Positions 47,126-57,920 are shown, numbered from the stretch's first letter. The stretch is 64,000 nt of DNA from an uncultured Alphaproteobacteria bacterium (GCA_949297415.1 CASFSV010000014.1:139873-203872), one strand, 5' to 3'. The notes: generated from the sequence alone by a model not told the origin. Made by a program: numbers and translations.

Positions 47126-50100
47126 GTGCTAAAAAAGATTATTGTCGGTATTTTGTGCTTTATTATATTAGCTGCTACAGGAGGCGGTATTTATATTTAT
47201 ACTCTGGACTGGAATAAGCACAAAGCCCTTGTTGCTCAACGTTTTTCACAAATTACAGGGCTTAAAGCTGTAATTGAGGGTAATTTGGATGTCAAATTAT
47301 TCCCTTCTCCTAAATTCTCTGCCGGTAAAGTTAAATTTTATAAAACAAACGGCGGTAAGACACCTCTGGTTGTTGTTGACGATTTAACTGCCAATGTTGA
47401 TTTGATGCCTCTATTGGATAATAATTTTATAGTCAAATCAATGACGCTTTCTAAAGCTGTTGCTTATGTTGAAGTTAATAAAAAAGGGATTAGTAACTGG
47501 GATGGTGTTGGAGCGAACAGTAATACAAAGTCTGGAAATATTGAAGTTTCTTTCAACGATGTTCGTGTAACAAACTCAACGTTAAGTTATAAAAATCTTG
47601 AAGATAATTCTCAGTTTGATATTAATAATGTTTCGGCTAATATTTCGGCTTCAGCTTTGTCTGGACCCTATAAGACTAATGGTAAATTCATTCATAATAA
47701 TAGTGAAATCTTATTCAAAGGTAATATTACCAAAAATGATAATATACTGCTTAAACTTGAGTTAACTAACGCCGCAACTGGTTCCGCCATTACTCTGGAC
47801 GGTTCTTTAGGAGATAAAGCAAAGGGTACTTTTACTCTGGACACTCAAAGCTTATATGATGTTTCCAACATTATTTGGGGAAATGATACAATATCTAATA
47901 GATATAACGATCCTTTGTTCTTATCCTTTCAATATAGCTATGATAAATCTATCCTAAAGCTTGATAATTTTACTACTAAATTTGATAAAAATACTGCCGG
48001 TAGCGGAACTGTTATTGTTAATCGCTCTTCAAGCATTCCCCAAGTTAATGCTTCTTTTGATTTGACAAAGTTTGATCTAAATCTTTTTGAGAAATTAGTT
48101 CAAGATATTGTTGATTATACTAAAGCTGGAAAGAAATTCGCTCAATCTCCTTTTGCCGGATATGATCTTTCTTTTTCTGCTAAGGCTACTTCTGCTTGGT
48201 ATAATAATGCTGAAGCTCGTAACTTAACTATGGCAATTAATGTGAAGCAAAATGTTATTGATATTGCTCGCTTAGGTGTTGTTATGCCTGGTGAAACAAT
48301 TATTAAAACAGTTGGTAAAATTAATTTAAGTAATGGAATTGACTATATCTTTAATCAAGCTTTTGATACTAAAGATTTGCGGACTTTTGCTTCTGTCTTT
48401 AATCTTGATTTAGCTAAACTTGCTTCTGCAGATAATAAGAAATCAATCTTCAAGAAAGCTCAGGCTGATATTAAAGTTATTGGTAATATGGATAGTGTTA
48501 AAATTTCTATCCCCAAAGCTTCTATTGATGCTATTGATTTCAACGGAAATCTCGGCATAGTTCAAAAAGATAAAGTTTTTGTTTTAGCCGATTTGAATGT
48601 TTCTAAAGTTATCTTGGATAAATATTTATTAGGTATTCCTAATAATCTTAAAACAGCTTCATTGAAAGATAAATTTGTTTATCAAATGAATTTATTACCT
48701 TGGAATAAAAATCTCAGCGTTGATGCTGAAATTAATGCGGCTAGTGTCGTTTATAACGATATTCCTATGGAAAAACTTTATTTGCACTTCACTTCTGAAA
48801 AAGATGTTCTTGATATTGCTCAATTTTCTGTTAGCAATTTTGCCGGTGCTGATGTTAATTTGAAAATGAGTGCAAATAACATTTTTTCTACACCTTACTT
48901 TAATGAATTAAGTTTTGATGTAAAAACTGATAATTTTCCTTTATTTACCTCAACTTTGGGTATTAGTACAGGTGATAAAAACCTATTTAAACGTAAGCTT
49001 TTTGCTTTACAAGGTGCCTTAAGTGGTTCTTTTGATGATTTTAGTTTGAGCTCGGTTCAGAAATTTGGTGATACTGAATTTGCTTACACTGGTACTGTTA
49101 TCAACAAAGCTAAAACTCCTTTGAGTATTGATGGTGATTTGGAATTAAAAACAAACAACTTTAATTCTTTTATTAAGGCGCTGAATTTTAACTATTCTGC
49201 AGATATTCCTGTTACAACTTTTGCTCTTGCTTCTAAAATTAAAGGCTCTTATGATATTTTTGATTTAAGCAATATCAGTGCATATCTTGGAGCTAACGCT
49301 ATTAAGGGAAATTTGCATTTTGATAATACTGCTTTGAAGCCCAAACTGACAGCTACTCTGGATTTTGATAAATTTGATGCTGACAGATGGTTTAATTTAA
49401 ATAAAAATTTAGCAAAAGTTCCTGCTCAAAAGGGGCGTGATACTTTTATAGCTAAGAACTTCTCCAATGAGAAAATTGATTTTTCTCCTCTCGGAAAAAT
49501 AGATTTTAATATTAAAGCTGCTGCAAATCAATTAAATTTCTATGGGCAAACTTATACTAATGCAAAAACTGATATTACTCTAAAAGACAATCTTCTTAAA
49601 GTTGCCTCTTTTGATACCACTATTGATAAAAGTATTATCAATTTCCGTTTTGATTTAAATGCTGGGGACTTACCGAGAATTGATGGTTATTTCAATATCA
49701 AAGATGTAAAAACTCCAGAACTCGGCGGAAGTTTATATATTATAGAAAATGGTTGGCTTACAGCTGAAGGTACTTTTAATGCGCCAATCTCTTCTGAAGC
49801 TGACTTTTTTGAAAATCTTAATTCCAAAGGTAAATTTTCCTTTACTAACACTGCTATTCGCGGTTGGGATTTAGATATCATCAAATTTGAGCTTGAACAA
49901 AGAAAAAATATTGCTGGCTTCGAAGATACTGTTCAAAATAGTTTGAAATCTGGAAAAAGTAGTTTCTCAAGAATTAGAGGAAATTATAATATTAGTAAAG
50001 GCTTTGCTGTTGCTGAGAGTGTTATTTGGGAATCACCTGTTCTTAATATGAACCTAAAATTTGACTTAAATTTAAGTGATTGGATTTTCCATGCAATATT

Positions 50101-52357
50101 TAACGCTGTTTATCATAATGCGTCTTTCTCTGATATATTAAAATTCTCTTTTGATGGTGATTTTGCTAATCCTACACTTAAACTCGATTTAAGCGAAAGT
50201 ATTAAAAGAATTAGCGAAATTGAAGATAAAATTAAAAATGCTCGCCAATATAAAGAAAAAGAAAAAATGGAAAAAATTGGTGGAAAACTTAAAGCTTTAC
50301 AAAGGGCTATTGATGGAACTTTGCAAGATATTAGTCGTTTAACTTTGGATGTAGTACGCTTTAAACCGATTACAAATAATGAAAATGTTGTATCTGTTTA
50401 CCAAGAAAATCTGAAAACAATAAATACTGTTGAAATCAACATTAAAAAAATGAAAGATTTGCTGAATACTTATCCGGATGAAAAAACTCTTATAAGTATT
50501 GAGGCTGATTTAGGTGCGGAAAAGGCTAAGTTGAGATATATTCCTAAAGTGTTGGAAGAAAACTTTATTGTTGATAGTAAATACATCTTTGATGATACAT
50601 TTAACAAAATAGCTTGGGTGTACAATTTATCTCAAAATAATTATGCTTATCATCGTAGTCTAACTGATGTTTATATGGCTCAGGTTGAATTACTTAAATC
50701 TAGCACTACTCCTGTAAGTGACGAAGATACTAATAAATTGCTGGATGGTATTGATAAAACTAAAGAGGTTATGGATAATATCAGTGCTTTGCATGGTAAA
50801 ATTCGTGATAATTATCTCAATATTATTGATTCTGCAAAAGTTTCTCAAATGAAGGAAAATAATGCTCTTGCTCAACAAGCTCTGGAAACTTTGCTTACTT
50901 ATTCTAAGCAACTGTATAATGATATTGTTATCAATATTGATGATTTCAGATTGATTTTGGGAATTAATGCACGCGATTATGACCAGTTTATGCTTTATCC
51001 TCCAGAAACCACTGCAGAAATTGATATAAAGCAACCAACTGTAAAAAGCGGAAATGAAAATAATTCTATAGTTTCCACATCAAAAGATGTTCCGGATATT
51101 TCCGCTAATACAGGAGATGCTACAAAAGTAACACAACCTTCTTCGGATACGCAAAAATCTGAAGAAAAAGATAAAAAAAAAGAAGCTCTTAATTTAACTT
51201 TGCAATCTACTGCGACTAATGGACTTTCTGAAGTTTTAAGTAAACTTAAAGAAGAAAAAGACTTTCGTAATGATGTTAAGATTGCTTCTAATTTAGACTT
51301 TGGTGGTCTTTCCTCTCTCTTTAAAAGCAATATAGACGCTTCAAAAGATAAAACAGAAGTATCATCTTCTGCTGAACATTCTCAGAAAATAGTTGAACCT
51401 GAGCCAAAAAATCAAACTATTGAGATTGCTCAGAAAAGTAAAACATCAATAACTGATAAAAAAGCTGATAGAAATACTGTTCTTGCTCAAAATACTAATG
51501 TAGAGAAACATGCTAAAAATAAATCTGATGGTGATAAGCATGATCTGTTAATAGCTGCTGCAACAGATGATAATCTTTTGGCTAAAACTAAATCTGCCAT
51601 TGCCAAAATTCTTTCTAAAATTAAACAACAAGAACAAGACTTAACAAAAAATGTTGCTTCAAACAATCCTGTTCCTGCTATTGTTTCTTCTAATAATAAA
51701 ATTACGGATAATAATACTGCGAAAAAAGCTCCTTCACTCATAGCAAGTATTGCCTCTATTCCTTCACTGCCTACAGACGAAAAAAAAGTATTAGCTAATG
51801 ATAAAGGTATTTCTTCTTTGAAAGTTAATCCTGTTGTTGCTTTAAATATTGGTAAAGAAGTTATCAATGATACTGTTACTGAACCAATAAAAAAAATAAC
51901 ACCTAGAGCTAAATTTAAAAAAGTTGCTTCTAATAATGATAAATCAGCTCTTAAACCTCTTTCTCAGGAGCAAATAGATAAGTTTTCACGATATCTTAAT
52001 GAGGCTTTAGGGGAAGAACAAGATACTCCCAGTAGCACACAGTTGTTGATTGCAGCTTTACCTCGTCCACAAAAGTCTTTAGATACTGCAGAAGTCAATA
52101 TATTAACAGATAACGCTCTTATTACTGTTAATACCCCTGATGAGAAAATTAACCATCCATCCAATCATTATGTTTGGCAAACAAAAAACACTGTTTCCCC
52201 GCAACTTAGTGGTACTGTTGGCAAAGAAATGCTAAAAACAGTTGCAGCTCCTAGTAGCAATAGTTCTTCTGAACATAAATATTTGTTTGCTGCAAATTCT
52301 ACTCATCGTTTGAATTTTTCCGGTAATATTTCTAAGAATCTTTCTTTAACTGATTAA
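47126..52357 (+). CDS. AsmA/TamB-family giant envelope protein (1743 aa) with ~560-aa low-complexity/coiled-coil C-terminal extension
   Basis: GTG start with AGGAGA RBS. N-terminal signal-anchor MLKKIIVGILCFIILAATGGGIYIY followed by LDWNKHKALVAQRFSQITG, the AsmA N-terminal pattern. A long beta-rich Asn/Ser/Thr-rich body. From ~residue 1180 it is Lys/Glu/Ser/Thr-rich and non-globular. Confidence 0.75.
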   Translation: MLKKIIVGILCFIILAATGGGIYIYTLDWNKHKALVAQRFSQITGLKAVIEGNLDVKLFPSPKFSAGKVKFYKTNGGKTPLVVVDDLTANVDLMPLLDNNFIVKSMTLSKAVAYVEVNKKGISNWDGVGANSNTKSGNIEVSFNDVRVTNSTLSYKNLEDNSQFDINNVSANISASALSGPYKTNGKFIHNNSEILFKGNITKNDNILLKLELTNAATGSAITLDGSLGDKAKGTFTLDTQSLYDVSNIIWGNDTISNRYNDPLFLSFQYSYDKSILKLDNFTTKFDKNTAGSGTVIVNRSSSIPQVNASFDLTKFDLNLFEKLVQDIVDYTKAGKKFAQSPFAGYDLSFSAKATSAWYNNAEARNLTMAINVKQNVIDIARLGVVMPGETIIKTVGKINLSNGIDYIFNQAFDTKDLRTFASVFNLDLAKLASADNKKSIFKKAQADIKVIGNMDSVKISIPKASIDAIDFNGNLGIVQKDKVFVLADLNVSKVILDKYLLGIPNNLKTASLKDKFVYQMNLLPWNKNLSVDAEINAASVVYNDIPMEKLYLHFTSEKDVLDIAQFSVSNFAGADVNLKMSANNIFSTPYFNELSFDVKTDNFPLFTSTLGISTGDKNLFKRKLFALQGALSGSFDDFSLSSVQKFGDTEFAYTGTVINKAKTPLSIDGDLELKTNNFNSFIKALNFNYSADIPVTTFALASKIKGSYDIFDLSNISAYLGANAIKGNLHFDNTALKPKLTATLDFDKFDADRWFNLNKNLAKVPAQKGRDTFIAKNFSNEKIDFSPLGKIDFNIKAAANQLNFYGQTYTNAKTDITLKDNLLKVASFDTTIDKSIINFRFDLNAGDLPRIDGYFNIKDVKTPELGGSLYIIENGWLTAEGTFNAPISSEADFFENLNSKGKFSFTNTAIRGWDLDIIKFELEQRKNIAGFEDTVQNSLKSGKSSFSRIRGNYNISKGFAVAESVIWESPVLNMNLKFDLNLSDWIFHAIFNAVYHNASFSDILKFSFDGDFANPTLKLDLSESIKRISEIEDKIKNARQYKEKEKMEKIGGKLKALQRAIDGTLQDISRLTLDVVRFKPITNNENVVSVYQENLKTINTVEINIKKMKDLLNTYPDEKTLISIEADLGAEKAKLRYIPKVLEENFIVDSKYIFDDTFNKIAWVYNLSQNNYAYHRSLTDVYMAQVELLKSSTTPVSDEDTNKLLDGIDKTKEVMDNISALHGKIRDNYLNIIDSAKVSQMKENNALAQQALETLLTYSKQLYNDIVINIDDFRLILGINARDYDQFMLYPPETTAEIDIKQPTVKSGNENNSIVSTSKDVPDISANTGDATKVTQPSSDTQKSEEKDKKKEALNLTLQSTATNGLSEVLSKLKEEKDFRNDVKIASNLDFGGLSSLFKSNIDASKDKTEVSSSAEHSQKIVEPEPKNQTIEIAQKSKTSITDKKADRNTVLAQNTNVEKHAKNKSDGDKHDLLIAAATDDNLLAKTKSAIAKILSKIKQQEQDLTKNVASNNPVPAIVSSNNKITDNNTAKKAPSLIASIASIPSLPTDEKKVLANDKGISSLKVNPVVALNIGKEVINDTVTEPIKKITPRAKFKKVASNNDKSALKPLSQEQIDKFSRYLNEALGEEQDTPSSTQLLIAALPRPQKSLDTAEVNILTDNALITVNTPDEKINHPSNHYVWQTKNTVSPQLSGTVGKEMLKTVAAPSSNSSSEHKYLFAANSTHRLNFSGNISKNLSLTD

Positions 52358-52435
52358 GTTCATTTGTTGTTAATTTGTCTTTTATCATTGATTCTCCAAC
52401 TCTTTCAGTATAGTTTGTAGTATATTTAATATTGC

Positions 52436-53341
52436 ATGGAGTTGACTATGTTTGCAAGACCTGAAGTTGTTGTTTTACCTGTTGCGGGCTTATCTACTAG
52501 AAATCTGCCGGCGACTAAGGCTATGCATAAAGGTTTTTTATGCTTAAATAATTTACCTATTATTCAATATGCTGTTGATGCATGTGCCGAAGCCGGTGTA
52601 AAAGAGGTTGTGTTTATTTATAGCGACGATACTTGCAGAAATATGTATGAGCACTATTTCACGCCCAATAAAAAACTCGAAGAAAAATTATTGAGAAGCG
52701 ATAAATTGGAATTGTGGGAAGCAATTAAAAGAACGGTTCCGACGGGTATGAAGTTTTCTTTTGCGTGTCAAGATGAGCCCAAAGGAAATGGCCATGCTAT
52801 TCTTTGTGCTAAAGATATTATCGGCGAACGTGATTTTATGGTGATGTGGGTTGATGATGTGTATGTCTGCCCAGGACAAGGTATTCTTTCTCAATTATTA
52901 GATGTTTATGAGCGCTTTGGTGGCATGGTGGAAAATGTTATTAAATTTCCTAAAGATCAGCTTTCTCGATATGGCGTACTAACAGGGGTGCAATGTGAGA
53001 ATAACATCATTTTAGCTAAAGGTGTGGTCGAAAAACCTAAAGTTGAAGAAATTGATTCTGATTATGCAAGTATGGGACCTTATGTATTGCCGAATCTAAT
53101 TCTTGATTTGTTGCCACAAGTTACCAAAGGTTCAAATGGAGAAATTAACTTGACCGATGCTATTAATTTAGCTGCACAGCAAGGATGCCCTCTCAGAGGT
53201 GTTGTAACTAACGCTGAACGTTATGATTGCGGTACCAACGAAGAACTGGCTAAGTCTAATATTCGCCTTTCTATACGTGAAAATAAAGTGCTTTATGATG
53301 AGGCGGTTAAAACTATTAAAGAGCTTAATCAGCAACTTTAA
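52436..53341 (+). CDS. galU: UTP--glucose-1-phosphate uridylyltransferase GalU
   Basis: VVLPVAGLSTRNLPATKAMHKGFL matches the GalU N-terminal nucleotide-binding motif. 301 aa. Confidence 0.85.
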   Translation: MELTMFARPEVVVLPVAGLSTRNLPATKAMHKGFLCLNNLPIIQYAVDACAEAGVKEVVFIYSDDTCRNMYEHYFTPNKKLEEKLLRSDKLELWEAIKRTVPTGMKFSFACQDEPKGNGHAILCAKDIIGERDFMVMWVDDVYVCPGQGILSQLLDVYERFGGMVENVIKFPKDQLSRYGVLTGVQCENNIILAKGVVEKPKVEEIDSDYASMGPYVLPNLILDLLPQVTKGSNGEINLTDAINLAAQQGCPLRGVVTNAERYDCGTNEELAKSNIRLSIRENKVLYDEAVKTIKELNQQL

Positions 53342-54327
53342 TTAATTTGCATTTGCACTTGCTTTTGATTTAGGCGTAGTGTTGTTATAATAGAAAATAA
53401 AAGGTATAGCTCATCAAAATTTTGAGCTATTCTTTTTTTATTGATTACAGAACGAAAGAAATTTGAACATTCAAATGTATTTTTCTTTGTTTCTATTTTT
53501 ATCATCACGTGTTGTTTGAAAAAACTAAACTCAATTTTTGAAAATGTGTCTTGCAGTTTCTCCATGTATTCCAACATAACAGGTGTTAAAATATAACGGG
53601 CTTCTATTTGATTATCGGAGTATACTTCAAATTTTTTTTCAAATTCAGGTGATTCTAGCCCTACTCGCTGTAAATTTTGATACTTTGTAATTATATTTAG
53701 CCATCCTTTATCCTTGACAACCACCGTTTTACCTTCAAATTGTTTATTCATTGCGGCATAAAAAATTAAACCTCTGTCTTTGGATACATATACGTTCTCT
53801 CTTCTTTGATATTCTTCATTATATCTTCGTTCCTCCTTGAAACGATGATACTCCATTATTCGTACAGCAACATCTTGATATGTTCCGCTAAAAGAATCTT
53901 CTCCTCGCATTTGGCCTTTGGTTCGAAATAACATCGATTCTTCCATTAGTTCTAAGGGTAATTCTGGATTATATAAATAAGAAAATTCCCCGAAAAAATT
54001 TGCTAATACCGGCAACATGCTCTCTTTACTGCGGCGGTAATAACTTAACATCGGCCAACATAGTAATAATATTGTTATACACCCAACAAGTCCGTACATT
54101 CCATTTCCTTCTGTTGCTCCGTTTATTCTTTCTTGAAGATGATTAACTGTATATCCTAACCATAAAATGAGTGCGATGATTATCAGCATAAATGTGTAGA
54201 AATAACGCTTTCTCGTTTTTTCTACGCTTTGTAATATCGGTAAAACTTTTTCTTCATAGTAATGGTTAAACTGATTTTGTGTATCTATATATTCAGGCGT
54301 TGCCATATATTTCCATTGCTTCGACAT
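53338..54327 (-). CDS. hypothetical membrane protein (2 N-terminal TM helices plus cytoplasmic domain; DUF3137-like by architecture)
   Basis: 329-aa ORF overlapping the galU stop by 4 nt. TM helices at ~45-65 and ~80-100. Confidence 0.45.
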   Translation of the reverse strand: MSKQWKYMATPEYIDTQNQFNHYYEEKVLPILQSVEKTRKRYFYTFMLIIIALILWLGYTVNHLQERINGATEGNGMYGLVGCITILLLCWPMLSYYRRSKESMLPVLANFFGEFSYLYNPELPLELMEESMLFRTKGQMRGEDSFSGTYQDVAVRIMEYHRFKEERRYNEEYQRRENVYVSKDRGLIFYAAMNKQFEGKTVVVKDKGWLNIITKYQNLQRVGLESPEFEKKFEVYSDNQIEARYILTPVMLEYMEKLQDTFSKIEFSFFKQHVMIKIETKKNTFECSNFFRSVINKKRIAQNFDELYLLFSIITTLRLNQKQVQMQIN

Positions 54328-54406
54328 TCTTTCTTCCTTTGGCGATTTTTTAATCTTTTCTTTATATTATGAACACATATCTTAAATATTTGCTAAGCGG
54401 GGGATT

Positions 54407-55639
54407 ATGATTAATATTTTATGGACTGGGATGTTTTTATGCGCAATTATTGCCGCTTTATATCAGCTCGTTTTTTTGCAAAATTATGATATTTTTTCAC
54501 AAATCACTCAGGCTATTTTTCAAAATGCGCAAAGCGCTGTTGAAATTTCTATTGGACTTATCGGTATTTTAAGCTTTTGGCTTGGTGTCTTAAAACTGAT
54601 TGAAAATTCTCATATAGCAGAAAGAATTTCCAACAAGCTTACTCCGCTTTTTAGAGTGCTTATGAAAGATATTCCTTCTAATAGTCCAGCTATTTCTACG
54701 GTTGTTCTTAACATGGCGGCAAATTTTTTGGGACTTGATAACGCTGCCACACCTATGGGGTTGAAAGCCATGGAGCAACTACAAGCCCATAATCCGACTA
54801 AAGATGAAGCCAGCGATGCGCAAATTCTGTTTATGATACTCAATGCATCTTCCGTAACGCTTATTCCTATTACTATTTTTATGTATCGTGCCCAGATGGG
54901 GGCTACCCATCCGACGGATGTTTTTATTCCGATTTTATTAGCTACTTCTGTTTCTACGCTAACAGGATTTATTCTTGTGGCTATTCGGCAAAAAATCAAT
55001 CTTGCGGATAAAACTTTGTTGAAATGGCTTGGTGGTTTTGTTTTGCTTATTATTGCACTCACACTTCTTTTCCTGAATTTAGCACCATCACAAAGATTGG
55101 CTCTTTCTTCAGCGCTCGGAAACATTATTCTTATTCTACTCTTAGGGGCAGTTATTTACATCTCGCTAAAAAATAAAATTAAATGCTACGAAGTTTTTGT
55201 CGATGGCGCAAAGGAAGGTTTTTCTATTGCAATAAATATTTTACCTTATTTGTTAGCCATGCTGGTTGCCATCGGGGTTTTTAGAGCTTCCGGTATTTTA
55301 GATATGATTGTTGATGGTATCAAATCAATTTGTGGCTGGGTACAAATTGATTCAGGCTTTGCTGATGCTCTTCCTACTGCTTTTATGAAACCTTTATCCG
55401 GAAGTGGAGCTCGGGCAATGATGATTGAAACTATGCAAACCTTTGGACCTGATAGTTTTGCGGCTTTTGCTTCTTCAGTTATTCAAGGTTCTACCGAAAC
55501 AACATTTTACGTCTTGACGGTTTATTTTGGTGCTATTAATATTTCCAAAACCAGATATGCCCTTAAATATGCCCTTTTGTCTGATTTGGCAGGGATTTTA
55601 GCGGCTATTGGGTTTGCTTATATGTTTTATTCTAAATAA
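54407..55639 (+). CDS. nucleoside-recognition (Gate) domain membrane protein, fused SpmA/SpmB-like; putative nucleoside transporter
   Basis: 410 aa and polytopic. Two Gate-like halves (AVEISIGLIGILSFWLGVLKL...; ...LAMLVAIGVFRASGILD). Confidence 0.6.
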   Translation: MINILWTGMFLCAIIAALYQLVFLQNYDIFSQITQAIFQNAQSAVEISIGLIGILSFWLGVLKLIENSHIAERISNKLTPLFRVLMKDIPSNSPAISTVVLNMAANFLGLDNAATPMGLKAMEQLQAHNPTKDEASDAQILFMILNASSVTLIPITIFMYRAQMGATHPTDVFIPILLATSVSTLTGFILVAIRQKINLADKTLLKWLGGFVLLIIALTLLFLNLAPSQRLALSSALGNIILILLLGAVIYISLKNKIKCYEVFVDGAKEGFSIAINILPYLLAMLVAIGVFRASGILDMIVDGIKSICGWVQIDSGFADALPTAFMKPLSGSGARAMMIETMQTFGPDSFAAFASSVIQGSTETTFYVLTVYFGAINISKTRYALKYALLSDLAGILAAIGFAYMFYSK

Positions 55640-55657
55640 CATTTGGAGTTATTGGCT

Positions 55658-56095
55658 ATGAAATTGTTAGTTCAAAGAGTATTAAGCGCTCATGTAGAAG
55701 TCAATCAACAAATTGTTGGACAGATTCAAAAAGGCTTGTTAGTCTTTTTGGGCGTGGAAAAAGGAGATACAACACAGCAAGCCGAATTTTTAGCCAATAA
55801 ACTTACGAACCTGCGCATTTTTGAAGATAATGTCGGAAAAATGAATTTATCCGTTAAAGATGTTAACGGTGATATTCTTGTGGTTTCACAATTTACTCTT
55901 GCGGCAGATCTTTCGCGAGGGAATCGTCCGGGATTTGATAACGCTGAACTTCCCGAAAAAGCTAATGAAATGTATCTGTATTTTCTGGAATTATTGAAAA
56001 ATAAAGGAATTTCTCCTCAAACTGGTATCTTTCAAACTGATATGAAAGTTCATTTGGTTAATGACGGCCCTTGCACTTTTTGGCTTTCAAAATAA
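55658..56095 (+). CDS. dtd: D-aminoacyl-tRNA deacylase Dtd
   Basis: MKLLVQRV... and the SQFTL motif. 146 aa from the internal Met. Confidence 0.85.
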   Translation: MKLLVQRVLSAHVEVNQQIVGQIQKGLLVFLGVEKGDTTQQAEFLANKLTNLRIFEDNVGKMNLSVKDVNGDILVVSQFTLAADLSRGNRPGFDNAELPEKANEMYLYFLELLKNKGISPQTGIFQTDMKVHLVNDGPCTFWLSK

Positions 56096-56956
56096 TCAGA
56101 GTTTGAGTAGGCTGTTCAACTTTCCTGATAGAGCTTTTATACTATCTTCTAATAGTTTTTCTATCAATTTATGAGCTATCTCTTGAGTATTTTGCTCTTT
56201 GCTAATGATGATATAGCGATTTTGTGTTTCCGAATCGACTAAGGTGCCGTCGTTTTTTCTTAATTCTATCATTACAGACATACTGTAGCGACTATTTGTT
56301 TCATTAATAGGTTCTATTTTAGATAAAACTAATTTTGGTGCAATAAAATAATCTGCCAACTCTTGGCTTTCTGTTACCAGTACACGTGGCTCAAAACTCA
56401 ACTGTTCAGCTATTTTTGCTGTAAAAACTGAAGAGGTATTGCCATTGTAATATTCCATTTCCTTTATATACAATAAAGGATGTGTACTATCGGTTTCGTA
56501 CATTGATTTAGGCAATATGGTATTAACCTGTTGAGCTATTTTTTCAACTTTATTTTCATTAAATTGTGGTAATTTTTCTGTGGTGGCTATTTCTGCTATT
56601 TTTTCTTTAGCTAATTTTCCATTTATCTCTAAGCATATTTTTTCACTGTCGTCTTGAACTGTAATTACAGTTATATCACTTAAAGCCTTATCCGCTATTC
56701 TATACGCTAATATGTTGTAACTGTGGTCATCCATATTTTGAGCAACAGACTTCACTTCCGGACATTTTTTTACTGCCATCAGTACTGCTTTGTCATATGC
56801 CTTATATCGAATTTCTGAACGAGTTTGTTCCTCATTTATTTCTGAACAAGCCGTCGCTCTTACGTCCACAAAAAAGCTGTCTGCCTTAGCTTCACCGATT
56901 ACATTTATCAGCATCACTAAAACAGACAGTTTTATTAGTAAAAATTTCATCATCAA
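56096..56956 (-). CDS. exported hypothetical protein
   Basis: Signal peptide MMMKFLLIKLSVLVMLINVIGEAKA. 286 aa. Directly downstream of the lipoprotein gene (1-nt gap). Confidence 0.5.
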   Translation of the reverse strand: MMMKFLLIKLSVLVMLINVIGEAKADSFFVDVRATACSEINEEQTRSEIRYKAYDKAVLMAVKKCPEVKSVAQNMDDHSYNILAYRIADKALSDITVITVQDDSEKICLEINGKLAKEKIAEIATTEKLPQFNENKVEKIAQQVNTILPKSMYETDSTHPLLYIKEMEYYNGNTSSVFTAKIAEQLSFEPRVLVTESQELADYFIAPKLVLSKIEPINETNSRYSMSVMIELRKNDGTLVDSETQNRYIIISKEQNTQEIAHKLIEKLLEDSIKALSGKLNSLLKL

Positions 56957-56957
56957 A

Positions 56958-57920
56958 CTATTCTTGTACTTGTCTGATAATTTCTACCCATTCATTTACT
57001 TTTTTACCGTTTTTATCAAACATGGCTAACTTGTATTGCAATGCCGGTGTTGTATTATCCGGAGCAACATACCAATCAGCTGATGTTTCTACAACAAAGT
57101 CAGCATTATTTATATTATTTACAACTTCATATGTCTTGGAGCCACTGATAATATCTTTGGTTGCACCTTTCAATCGATGACTTCCATACGGTAAATCTGA
57201 ACTCAACAATTTAGTATCTTTAATATAAATTGTTCTTGTTTTACCACTGTCATAAATTGCAGATGTATCTTGCAACATACGATTTGTTGCACGTGTTGCT
57301 ACCACAATGTATGCTTCTGGAGAATATTTGGCAACACTTGCTGCATCAACTTTAGCATTGGCTGATTTCATTCCGATTACTTCTGAATGATATGGATTTT
57401 GTTTTACTGTTACTTCAACCAAATCTTCTGCTGGTGCTGTTTTTGGTGCTTCAGGGGCTGTTGGTGTATAACCACTGTAACTAACTTCTGCCGGAATAAT
57501 CTCTTCGTGTGTTACAACTACAGGTTCACATACATCCTTGCCACATGGTTCTTCCATTGTAGTCGTTGTTGTGATAATTTTTTTGGTTGTGGTTACTTTG
57601 GGCTGTGGCATAGGCATTGGTTGGCATCCGCATGGTTGCATACATGTCGGTTGATAGCATGGCTGTGCTACTTCTGCACATGGACAATCATAAACAGGTT
57701 GCGGTGCTGGAATATATACCGGTTCCGGCTTTACCACTACCGGTGCCGGAGCTGGTGCAACAGCCATTGGCATAGGCATTGGTGTCGGTTCAATCATTGG
57801 GGCTTGGTCTTCATAGACCGTCTCATCAAAAGTTACGTTGTCTACCTCTTCCCACTGGTTGTCGCTGTGTGAACACGCTGCCAGTATTGTACAGGTTATG
57901 ACACTTATTATTCTTTTCAT
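56958..57920 (-). CDS. lipoprotein with Pro/Met- and Cys-rich linker and globular C-terminal domain
   Basis: Lipobox ILAAC|S. Linker PMPMPMAVAPAPAPVVVKPEPVYIPAPQPVYDCPCAEVAQPCYQPTCMQPCGCQPMPMPQP. The C-terminal ~200 aa are predicted globular. Confidence 0.6.
   Translation of the reverse strand: MKRIISVITCTILAACSHSDNQWEEVDNVTFDETVYEDQAPMIEPTPMPMPMAVAPAPAPVVVKPEPVYIPAPQPVYDCPCAEVAQPCYQPTCMQPCGCQPMPMPQPKVTTTKKIITTTTTMEEPCGKDVCEPVVVTHEEIIPAEVSYSGYTPTAPEAPKTAPAEDLVEVTVKQNPYHSEVIGMKSANAKVDAASVAKYSPEAYIVVATRATNRMLQDTSAIYDSGKTRTIYIKDTKLLSSDLPYGSHRLKGATKDIISGSKTYEVVNNINNADFVVETSADWYVAPDNTTPALQYKLAMFDKNGKKVNEWVEIIRQVQE

Noticed and set aside
54610-55125. 171-aa minus-strand ORF
   Set aside because: It is antisense to the Gate-domain membrane protein gene. 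No motif or RBS.
57387-57872. 161-aa Cys/Trp-rich plus-strand ORF
   Set aside because: It is antisense to the Pro/Cys-rich lipoprotein linker. Its composition is a mirror artefact.
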